This document shows positions 1 through 10,036 of a stretch of 64,000 nucleotides of DNA, piece after piece (the stretch's first letter is position 1; every line of letters starts with the position of its first letter). A model generated the notes under the pieces. It did no database searches. It saw nothing but the letters and a program-made list of their open reading frames with translations, and had not been told where the DNA came from. Location of the stretch: NCBI GenBank assembly GCA_905178155.1, contig CAJINV010000007.1:2771151-2835150 (forward strand), given 5' to 3'. Both the position numbers and the translations under genes were made by a program. Source of the DNA: Amoebophrya sp. A120. Lineage: Eukaryota > Protista > Dinoflagellata.

Positions 1-548
1 GACGTGGCATCGCTCACGGACGACGACGACGAAGCCATGCTGAAGCTGACTGATAAAGACGACGCTGCGCTCGACGAACTTCTGCTGCTGACGGGCTTGA
101 AATTCAGTAATGCGTCGAGCGGCTTTTTAACTTCTTCTTTCCGTTTCTCCATGTGCTCGTGGATGCCCGCCAAACGAAAAGCAGAGGAAGCGAATTTGTG
201 CTGGCTGCTTGGAGAAGACACCGCTGTTACAAAACCGGAATCTGGGATGATTTCGTTGAACTCATCAAGTGCTTGCTCATGCCAGTCTTCCACTTGCACC
301 AGCTCAGTTTCTACGGCGTCCATGATGGTGTTGTAATAATCTGGGGCTTTTCGCTTTGATGGCTGCGATGGTCTTGCTGCGTCGCTCAACTGTGGGTGGC
401 TTTTCGTGGCTGACTTCTTGTCGGCGCCTGCTAGCTCCTTCAGGGAGGCTGCAACCGCTGCTTGCTCTGCCAGCTTTTGTAGCTCGCGCCGCAGGACGTC
501 CTCGCCCAGGGCTTCGTGACACGCATTATTTGCAATGAACTTATTCAT
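1..548 (-). CDS. Hypothetical protein, runs off the window start
   Basis: Manual translation from the ATG at 548 (MNKFIANNACHEALGEDVLRRELQK...DYYNTIMDAVETEL...) stays open to position 1. It is absent from the ORF track because no stop lies in the window. No recognisable domain. Confidence 0.5.
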   Translation of the reverse strand, partial: MNKFIANNACHEALGEDVLRRELQKLAEQAAVAASLKELAGADKKSATKSHPQLSDAARPSQPSKRKAPDYYNTIMDAVETELVQVEDWHEQALDEFNEIIPDSGFVTAVSSPSSQHKFASSAFRLAGIHEHMEKRKEEVKKPLDALLNFKPVSSRSSSSAASSLSVSFSMASSSSSVSDAT

Positions 549-837
549 CGTTGTATTTACAACCTGTTCGCACTAAAGAAGCGGCAAGACGTAAGAGTAC
601 GAAACTGAATCGCAAGGAGCTTATCGCTCGGCTCGGAATCACTCGGGGTGTAGCATCTGTGATGCGCTCTGGAGATCTCAATAAGCAGCTGATGCTTAAA
701 AGGACAAAAAGGACGCAAAACACGAAAAAAGAAGAACACTGCGACCTGCTCGTAACCTCCTGTGTAGATTATCGGGTTGGTGCTGCGACTTCTATTTCAT
801 CATTAAAAAAAATCGTAAGAAACGTTTTGCAGACTGA

Positions 838-2532
838 TTATTGTCCGAAAGGGTTGCTATACACTGAAGCTGAAGCTTTTCCACCATTGTTTTTTTGTCG
901 CTTCAAACCGGCCCCTTTCCCGCCCTGATTGTTAAACTGTGGGGCCTTTGGGAAAGGACGCAACATATTACCACCTAGACCTTGCTGCTGGTTTCCATGC
1001 TGCTGGAACTGCTGGCTCCCCTTGCCTCCTCCTTTGAGGGGACAGTCTTTGTTCCAGTGCGCCTCACCACCACACTGCGGCTTTGGGCACTTGATGTAGC
1101 AGATGTTTCCTGATGCAGCGCACGCTTTCAAGCCCAGCTGGCCGTCCTTGTGGTGGTTGCCTGGTCCTTTGCCTGCCATGATGCAGTTGACGCAGCTCTG
1201 CGTGTGGGACATCCAGGTAGACAGAATCGTGGGACTCTTCGCATTCGCAGCCTCCAGTGCACCTAAGCCGCCCGCGGTCGTTTTGGGTGCGTTGTTCATG
1301 ATGGTGTTGATTTCGTCGTACACAATTTTGTTCTTCTGCTGCTCTGAGCTTGCACCACCACCGGGGTGTTGTCCCAAGTCCGGGACTCGATTTTTGTTGT
1401 TGCCGCCAATCATAGACATGAGATTTCCACCCAGTTGCATCATGCGTTGAATGATATTTGGTTTGCACAAATTATCACACGCTGCCGTTGTCATGGCCGC
1501 CGCGTATTCTAAATTGTAAAATCCCTCGTCGGTTGGAGATGTGGTATACTTGTTTTTGAGCTGGGCCGCGAATTCTTTGATGAAGAAATATCTGCGGAGA
1601 GTTTGTTTTTATCATTACTTAGCAAAACAGCTCACTCAAGCGTGAATATGCAAAAGACATGGCAGAATACAAAAGATGAACAAACGACGAATGAGAGTTT
1701 GGAAGCATCGGACGAAACAAACAGGATATACGTACATTTGGTAATTGTAATTCAGCGGTAGCTTCTTGGGCGCGATCGAGTTTTTGGTCAACGCGGCCGA
1801 TTTTCGTTCGTAGTATGTCACTGGCCATAGAAAATACCGGGCCAGGATAGTCCACTCTTCGTTCGGGAAGAGGTCTATCAGTGTCTGGAGGTATTGCTTC
1901 AACTCGTACAAGGAACCCGCCGGGGGCAAGATCATGTTCTTCCAACTGCACTTGGGAATATCTTGCTGGTTGGTACTGTCGATGAAGCTCTGTGAGGTCA
2001 AAATGTAGAATCAAAATAAAACTGACATGCAACATCCACATCATCACATGACCAGAAAAACAAGATATACCTGTGCTGCCGCGTTGGTGGTTGCTAAGTG
2101 CACGGCGAACAACTTCATCATGAACTTGCCTTGGTCTTTGTCGATTTTCTGGGATCTTCTGACCGGGGGGCGCTTGAGAGTTTCGTAGTACTTGGCCTTC
2201 AGGTCGATTGGTGTGGCCGCGAAGGTTGCGTACCACGGGTGGGCTGCAATCACTTGCTGAGTGACGTCTGCTGTGCCCGCTCGCTGATCGATCCTGTCCT
2301 TGACTTTCGAGGAGTCCGAGAGTGTCTTCGTTCTTTTGCAGGCTTTGCACTTCCCAACTTTTGTCTGGAAATCGTAGCTGCCGAACTCGTCGATTAGAAT
2401 GATCCCTCCATTCGTCTTGTAGCAGTTGGAGCAAATGCAGGAACATGCTGCACAGCTTGCTTCCGAGCAAAACAACTCACGATCGGCATCGGCGATCGTG
2501 CCGGAGAAGCAGATAACGCATCTTGAAGACAT
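838..2532 (-). CDS. Three-exon protein (489 aa) with an N-terminal Cys-rich RING/PHD-like finger and a C-terminal CCHC-like zinc knuckle (Gag/ORF1-like architecture)
   Basis: GT-AG introns 1990-2070 and 1592-1735 join ORFs 2044..2580, 1636..2001 and 838..1494 in frame. N-terminus has CVIC...C...C...CICSNC...CKAC; C-terminus has CPKPQCGGEAHWNKDC followed by a Gly/Gln/Lys-rich tail. Confidence 0.65.
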
Positions 2533-2851
2533 CGTGAGCGAATGCTGGTTGCACTCAAGTAAAAACTGCACATTGCACATAAATACAAATGAAGAGGTAG
2601 GAGGATCGTGTTCTGTGTGACGACGACAGGAAGACGAAAGGAAAAAATTAAAAAAGCATGTGTACAGGACGTCAAAAAGTAGAACACAGTGCGATCATAA
2701 CCCACGAGAAAAGAGCTATCACAAATGCTTTTTTGAATCGGACTTTTTCGTAAATCAACAAACTTTCGCATTCGGAAAGACCTACTAGCGTCAGCTCGTA
2801 TCACAAGACATGTTCGTCTGAAATCTAAAGAGTTCTGCTCCTAGCTTTCAG

Positions 2852-3514
2852 CTAGTTCTCGTTTTGTAACTGCAGGCGCTGTTCGTTGCGCTGCAGCGGC
2901 TCATTGAAAGTATCGTTTGTCATGTTCGACACCACGGATCTTTCAGATAACAATTTCACCGCACCGGGTTCGGTGGGGGCTTGACCTAAGAACCAGTCGG
3001 CGAAGGCCGGGTTCCAGGCCTTGGCGGAGGCAAACTGCGGCAAGAAGATAATCGGAAACTCCCAGAGTAACGTCTTGAATCTCTGGGACGGCTTTGCCCC
3101 CATCGCCAGGCGACTCACCGTTTCCTGAAAGAATTGATGATAATGTACATTACAAAGCAATGCAAGAAAAAAGCGTCAGTATGTCATGCATAAGATACAA
3201 TGAAACACAACTAATACCAGCAGAGCGTTTGTAGTTCGCAACTTAGATTCTCGCAGTTCCTGGCTGTAGGCCATACAGTTGGCTCTGGCAATTTGCGGGT
3301 CTTGGTGCTCGTCATCCATGATGGTGAACGCACGCGGGCCTGCTGTTTGTACGCGCTGAGCGTGAGCTTCGACGAGGTTGGCGACCGTCTCCAAAGACAG
3401 GTTTCCGTACACCAACGCACACCAGACGGGCGTGTGCAACGAGATGTCGTTGGCACACGAGGAGAGGATGCGCTGCATCTGCAGTAGATCTGCAGCGGAT
3501 AACGACAGAGCCAT
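2852..3514 (-). CDS. Two-exon hypothetical protein
   Basis: GT-AG intron 3125-3217 (ctg|gtattag...tttcag|gaa) joins MALSLSAADLL...NALL to ETVSRLAMG...QNEN in phase 0. Confidence 0.55.
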
Positions 3515-5637
3515 CTTGTTCTGTGTCCAAACACGAATTTCTGTCTTCTCGCCAGCAGGGCAGAGGGAAAGTAAATCGTGTAGATCCTTTTTCAAACGTG
3601 AAACTACAAGCAGTGAACCGAATGAAAGCAGGGGCATCGCGTGGTCTCGGTAACAGCACGATGCAATAACTAACCAAAATCACGCAAGATCAACGAAATG
3701 GCCATGTAACACAGATCTTGGAGAAATACGCGACAGTGATCCAGACAGGAGCCAAGAACGCGGGCGCGTTGCAGACTTATGCATGGCGCGCACGGGGTGC
3801 GCTCCAATGACAGTGGCAGCTGCAGCCGAAGGCTACCATGGTCCATAACGAACCGATGGCTTTCTGACATGTTATCAGAGATCATCGGAACTGTGTGTGC
3901 ATCGCGGATGTGCGAATGCCCAACAGGACCTTAATCGACGACGAAGGAACCGAGACGACGAAAGGCGACGAAAAGCTGCTGGTGTGCAGATTTCGAACGC
4001 GAAAAGGAGCTGCCACAATGCCGGACGACAAGGTCGCCGTGCGAATGTGTCATTCGCTTTTCAAAATAAAGTGTGAGTGTGGTGACCGGATGCTCACAGC
4101 CCCGACTTACGAACTACCATAGACAACTCCCACACTTGACGATCAACTATTTCCTTACGAAAACCTCAGATCTCATAATGTTGAGGTTGTCGGTGTAAAA
4201 AGCGTCGTGTTGTTCGTGTAGTTCGAAGAAAGATGATGGGGTTGAAGCACGACGATGTTTACTTTCGCATTTATTTCCAAAGTCGTGCTCAGTTTGTTCT
4301 ACGTCTTTTTCCTGTTTCTCCCGCCAAGGCCGCCGCCTCCGCTTCCTCCTCCAGGTCAGCCTCAACAATGATTCTGATCTACTTCGCTTTCTTCCACCAT
4401 CGCGCGGCTCGGCATCGTTTTTTGCACTGCTCTTCCGAATGATGTCGCTTCCATCGCCCTTGTGGGCGCCTCGCCTTTTTATCGGGCTGTAGTCTCCACA
4501 TAGTGATATAATTTCTCGTCGATCGAACCCCCTTGCGACACTCTGAGCGTCGTGTGATACTTGCCGCCGGTGTTGGCTGCAGTTCCGGCGGCTGCCGCGG
4601 CCATCACGATCATCTACAACGACTTCAGGACCAGGGTCACACATCCTCTCTGAAGCCGAACTTTCGCTTCTCCCGGGCACTAAAGGGTCGCATCTTTGGC
4701 GAGCCGCCATGCCGGACGAGCAAGAGGGAGATGACCTCTTGCTCGGGGAGTCGAGCTCCATGGTCGTCCTCGTGTTTTGGCTGCGGTTCTGCATGCAGCT
4801 ACATCTTTCACTCTCCCTTTTGGATGCAAGAGGCCATCAAGAGGATGGTCTCGCGTCTCTCGTCGTCGTCCCTCCTAGTGGTCCCAGCTCCTTCCCTAAT
4901 TGGATTATGATCGGTGTGCGTTTGAAGAAGTAGAAATGCCCCGCTCATTTCCAGCATAGCAAAAAGAACAACACAAAGAAAAAATAGAAGAAAGGTATCA
5001 TGTGTGAAAAAGAAAATCAAAATTGCCTTCTTGCTGTTCTTTGCAGTTTTTGGACATCAGCTTCTGTCTTCTTCTTTGGTGAAGAAGATGAAGTACATGT
5101 GTTCATCTAGAAGAAACTCTCTAACTCTACTCGCTCCTCACGTTGCGCATTTTCTTTTTTTTTTGTTCCCATTCGTCCAAGACCAGTTTTTTTTAGTTGT
5201 CATCGCTCCTTGCAACATTATCTGCGGAGATGAACAAGAGGACGTGAACAAGAGTCCCGCCCCAGCTGTAGTAACTACAGCAGGGTGAACTAGAACTCGT
5301 TGAGGCTAAGCTTTTACATTGCATGATTGTTGTCCGCACGCGCAACAATCAGCGAATATCTGCAGTACATTTTCGCGAACTTATGAAGGTGGAGGACGCC
5401 TCAGCTCTCTCTCTCTGGTCGCAGTCCTCATGCTTTTGCTCGCTTGTCTTGAATATCCAAGCAGCTCCAGCAATGCCACGATCGGCCTGTTAACAGCGAA
5501 ACCAATGTATTTCTAGCATCTACTCGCGGCTGTGGAAAGCTACAAAAACAACCGCAATCCACGATGACAGCTCAGAGTAGCATACCTAACAAACTATGAT
5601 TGTCATCTTTCGGCATGTGAATCTTCACCTCCCGCGA

Positions 5638-8600
5638 CTACTCGCCCCAAGCCCCACTCCCAAGGAAGTCCAAGTGTCCATTTGCGATCAAGGCAGCTAG
5701 AACGGCCGAAACCAGAAAAGACACATAAGCGTACAGAGCGTTCACCAAGGAGCGGTCCGCTTTCTGGTACAAGAAACGCAGCGGCAGCAGTTCGTAATGC
5801 GTAGACAAATCTTCCGCCAGCTCAGGGGCAAGGGTCTGTACCAACTCTAGCTCGGTTTCTACTTCTTCGTCTGCGACTGCGGTTAATGTTGGTGGGGCAC
5901 CAACATTATTCCCACTTGCAGCAGAGAACGTAGAAATAAATCTGCGTTTTCTCTCCGTCCGCCTGACCCCGGCTTCGATTCCCAGTCGCCGGCAGGCTTG
6001 CGCGAGTTGCTTGAAGTTTTGGTTGCACCTTTCGCCGTACATAATCGTCGCCAGGAGGGAGACCGTGACGAATACGAAAATATACGCGACCTCGAAAATC
6101 ACGGGCCAGTAGACTTTTGATGAACTTGTGGCTGCATCTTCGTAGGTCGTTCCAGACGTAGAAGAACCAGTGCCGCCTGCAGTCGTTCCGCCAGATCTGC
6201 TGGTGCTAGAGGTGGAGACTTGGAGAATCACAAGCCCGCAGCACCCGAGCAAGTAGAGCATGGACAGGACGGCAAACCCGCAGTTATACCGCAGCATCGT
6301 TTGTTGCATCAAGGTGGGGGATAGAATTCGGCAAAGCACCCAGAACGCCTTCACGTCCTTTGCAGACGAAATCTGCGCTTGACACGAAGATACTATTGCG
6401 AGCGCAGAGGTGCTGCTGCTGTTCACAGTTGTGGTTGGCGTGGTCGACGTAGGTGCTTGCTCCATAAGTGTTGTTCCACCTGTCTTCCCTTTCATCTTCC
6501 CAGTAGTTGGAGGAGCCAACTCTTCCTCTTCCCCGAGCAAAAATCGCAACAGCCTTTTCGTCTCCGCGTCGTCCAACGTGTCAATGTATCAAATGTAAAA
6601 ATGTCTGGGTCTGGAAGAATGCATGTTTGTCATGCTTGTCCGGCATGGCTCTTAAATCTGTCACGCACGTTACCCAAGAGCTCCATTTTTCTGTGATGCA
6701 GAAACGCTGTTTGTCATGCAGAATAGGCACCTTGATATTCCCGATTCACACTCGGGGGAATTTTTTTTCTGGCTTGGAGACCCCCTCCCACCCCCCCGAT
6801 CTCGGATGTGCGTGAGCCCATGAAAGTTTTCAAAGGACTTGAAACATGCAAACATTTATGCGTGAGGCCAAACAAGATGGCAAGCGAGGTGGGAACTGGA
6901 ACTTTCGCGAGACCAAACAAGATGGCAAGCGAGGTCCGCGCGCCCCCCCTGGAGGTGAGATAGGCAATACCTAGAAGCTCAGAAACTTGTGACGCTGAGC
7001 CAGCAATTGTGGCCTCCTCATGATACGCCACACAGCATCACAAGTTTCCACCAGACCCAGACACTTTTGCATTTGATGCAATGGCACACCGGGCCCGCGC
7101 GCTGCTGTTTTTCGTGAACAGTGCCAACATCAGGGCGGACAGGCGCCAGCGGCGGTGCGCGTCGAGGTAGGGGTAGTAGAGAAACCCCATGAAGACGAAG
7201 AGCATCATGAACTTCTGGAAAATCAGCAGCCCGAAAATCACTTTGGTCAACGCGTTCTCCCCGAAGGGGGAGAGGTCCATCGCGAGCCACCGGGCAAAGG
7301 GGACGATCGCCGCACCGATGAGGTACACTCCAAGGTCCGCGGGAGCGGGGCACGCCCGGTAGGCGATGCAGAGCAGGGCGTAGGCGGCGATGCGAACGGG
7401 GAGCCGGGCAGTTTCTTGGAAAGCCTGCAGCTCCGGTTTAGTTACGCAGCACAGCTCCCGAACGTCCCCGTACTTGCAGCTCTGCATCTGCTCGAACGAA
7501 AGCGGCGGAAACGGCGCGGTCAGCGTTTTCGTGTGCGCAATGTGGGCCTCCTTGTCCTCCAGCCTCCCCAAAGACTCGTTCGCGAGACGAAAAAATTTCT
7601 CGGCGAACTGCTTGGCTTTAGTTTCGGACGCCGGAATATCTGTACCTGTACGTTGATGATCGACATGCAGTTCCTCTTTGGTAGTTTTTGTTCCACCGAA
7701 GTCGAATTCCGCAGTGAGGTATTCGTCCACACAGGAATTGCGCAGTGAGGACTCGAAGAGCCGCTCCAGGTTGTCGGCGGCCGCCGTGCCAATATCGTCG
7801 TGAAAGGCCGCGCCGCCGAGCCGCCGGTAGACGACACCCTTGTCCCCGTACTTTTGCGTGCCCCTGACGCAGGCGAGCTCGGAGTCCGTAAAGTAGGCGT
7901 ACTTCAAAGCAATGCCGAAAAAGCGGTAGAGCTTAAGCAGCGCCAGCACCGCGATGTCTGTCCAGTGCACTTTTTCCTCCTCGTTTCCCTCGGTGTCGGC
8001 TAGCCACAGCGCGAAAATGACGAACCACATCGTCGGCGAAACGGTCAGCTCCGCGGCAAGTAACGCGACCTTGTCGCCGTCAATGACGAACCGGTTGTGC
8101 GCAGAGGCTTTATTTTCCAACAGCCAGCAGAAAAAATAACCGACCGGGGCCGGGATGGACTCGAGAAACACGGTTTTGAACCGCTTATCCGATACAAACA
8201 TGTCTGGGTCTGCATAATGAGTCCACATGTTTCTTGCCACGCGGTTTTTTTCTTGACCAAGAAGCTCTGGGATGCAAGCAATACTAGCGTCACAGGTTTC
8301 CAGATAGACTCTCCATGTCCATGTGTTGTATCCCGCATGAAAAATACCTGCATTTTGATGGCAATACTTGGTCTACTTCGTACTTTGGCTGTCCACGCAT
8401 AAGAAGTTTGTGTCTGATAAAAAAAAGGAATCACAAGTTCACAATCACATGATTCCAGACCAAGACATTACATTTGCATTGCATACAGCTGTCCGTACTG
8501 CAAATGCTCTTCCGTCCACACGTCCTCCTCGAAAGCGCGCCAGCTCGTGGACGGTGGTCTACTTGAAGAGGTTGAGGTTCTGAATCCAGCTTCCTCTTCT

Positions 8601-8935
8601 ACCATTATTTCACCCCTTCTTCTTGGTGTCTTTTCCTTCTCGCCGCCGTCCACTTCTGGGCCGACGTGCGGCGTCACTTCTTCTCGACGACCGTCGCTGT
8701 TGTCTGGTCCACTGGAACCAGGAGCATGGTAGCTGCTGCTCGCGGACGTATGTAGAAGTTGACCAGCGGCCACCACGTCTCCGCCGGATATTTCCACGTT
8801 TTCCACGCAAAACGTCTTTACGTCGGCGGAAGAAGAGAGCTCCGCAAGGCGCATGCTCGTCCGGCTTTTGGAGAGCCCAGGCCTAAAGTGGACGCTGCCG
8901 CCCTGGTCTGGATCGATGTCGATACGGCGGGACAT
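5638..8935 (-). CDS. Multi-pass membrane protein of unknown function, split by two introner elements
   Basis: ORFs 8468..9010, 7038..8240 and 5638..6576 join in frame (QYGQ[L/R]FKTVF and ARCAIDTLDDAETK) when elements 8186-8485 and 6587-7078, each with one 5-bp repeat, are removed. Several hydrophobic segments are present. Confidence 0.75.
6587..7078. mobile_element. Introner/MITE family A (non-canonical intron)
   Basis: TIR TATCAAATGTAAAAATGTCTGGGTCTGG...CCAGACCCAGACACTTTTGCATTTGATG, with direct repeat CAATG at 6582-6586 and 7079-7083. Colinear with the copy at 10743-10995 apart from a nested insert. Confidence 0.93.
6730..6959. mobile_element. 230-bp insertion nested inside the introner
   Basis: Absent from the sister copy (GAATAGGCAACACCTAG near 10879). 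Flanked by ATAGGCA at 6723-6729 and 6960-6966. Contains CCAAACAAGATGGCAAGCGAGGT twice. Confidence 0.75.
8186..8485. mobile_element. Degenerate family A introner
   Basis: Decayed TIRs (TATCCGATACAAACATGTCTGGGTCTG...TTCCAGACCAAGACATTACATTTGCATTGCATA) and an imperfect repeat CCGCT/CAGCT. Excision restores the frame. Confidence 0.8.
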
Positions 8936-9108
8936 TGTTGGGGCTTGTTGTGACGTTCTTGACGACGAGGTGCGGCAGGGACTCGAACACTGGACGTATA
9001 CTGGAACCAATCGAAAATCACAATGTATAAATAAAATTGCAGCGGAAGTAGACTAAGCCATATACAGGCTCACTTCCGGACCCGGATGCGGATCCTTGAG
9101 GACTACTA

Positions 9109-9429
9109 CTAGTCCAGACACTGATTGGCCCCGTACCCGAGCAGCGCGACGCCGACAATCGGTATTCCGTAGGTGAAAACAAGATCCCCGTAGAGCCAGT
9201 AGGACAATACCAGTCCAATCGGAATTCCATAGGAGCTGAAGAGCAACAGGTTCAGCACGAGGCTCAAATAGGGCTCTTCCAACGTCGCTAACCGGGGTCC
9301 GATCCCGAGAACCTTCGCCAGAAAAATCGACGGCAGCATCAAGAGCCGCTTGCACTTTTGGAGGGTTGTCAGCTCCTGCTCCCCGCGGGGGCCACGTCGA
9401 CCAAGAGCACTGGCGAAGAGGGAGGACAT
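9109..9429 (-). CDS. Small membrane protein (106 aa), hypothetical
   Basis: MSSLFASALG...YGANQCLD with two or three hydrophobic helices; same strand as its neighbours. Confidence 0.5.
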   Translation of the reverse strand: MSSLFASALGRRGPRGEQELTTLQKCKRLLMLPSIFLAKVLGIGPRLATLEEPYLSLVLNLLLFSSYGIPIGLVLSYWLYGDLVFTYGIPIVGVALLGYGANQCLD

Positions 9430-10036
9430 GTGGATATCTAGTACTTCGTGGTCAGCCGGTGAGCAAGTAGTTAGAAAGCTGAAGCACCACTTACGGATAG
9501 TGCAGCTGCGTGGCAATAATTGTACTTTTGAAGAACTCGACTTCAACGCCGCTTTATTTCTCTCCGTCTCTCACTCTCCAGTCTTCCTTATCGTTGAAGG
9601 GGGCACAAAAATGTCGAAAAAACCCATCACCATGCGATTGGCATTGGCTGTAGGAAGCGAAAACATAAAACAATTTAATGGAGGAGCAAGCATCAAAGCC
9701 AAACAAAATTTCGTGTCAGCACGACCAACGACAACGAGTTCCGGATTAGCAACAATGAAAACAGAAGAGCCCTGCGCTGTCCCCAGACACACCGTTCGGA
9801 CACCACACCTCCAAAAATGCTGAAGAGGTAAAATCTGTGTTTTCCATGATTTGACTTGGATTTTATCTCGAGGGCACCAGATGAAGAGCTGTAGACAACT
9901 ACGGAGGACCTAGAGAGTGATGTCGCTTGAATGATGTTCAAAATCTTGTATAGTTTCATTTTTATACTCTGCGCTGCTAACTACACGTAGTGCAGTTTCA
10001 AATTCTGGTGCACTTCCGCACGCTAACTGAGTAGTG

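Noticed and set aside
4147-4794. 215-aa Arg/Ser-rich minus-strand ORF
   Set aside because: No domain and no convincing exon structure; it could be coding but I cannot support a call.
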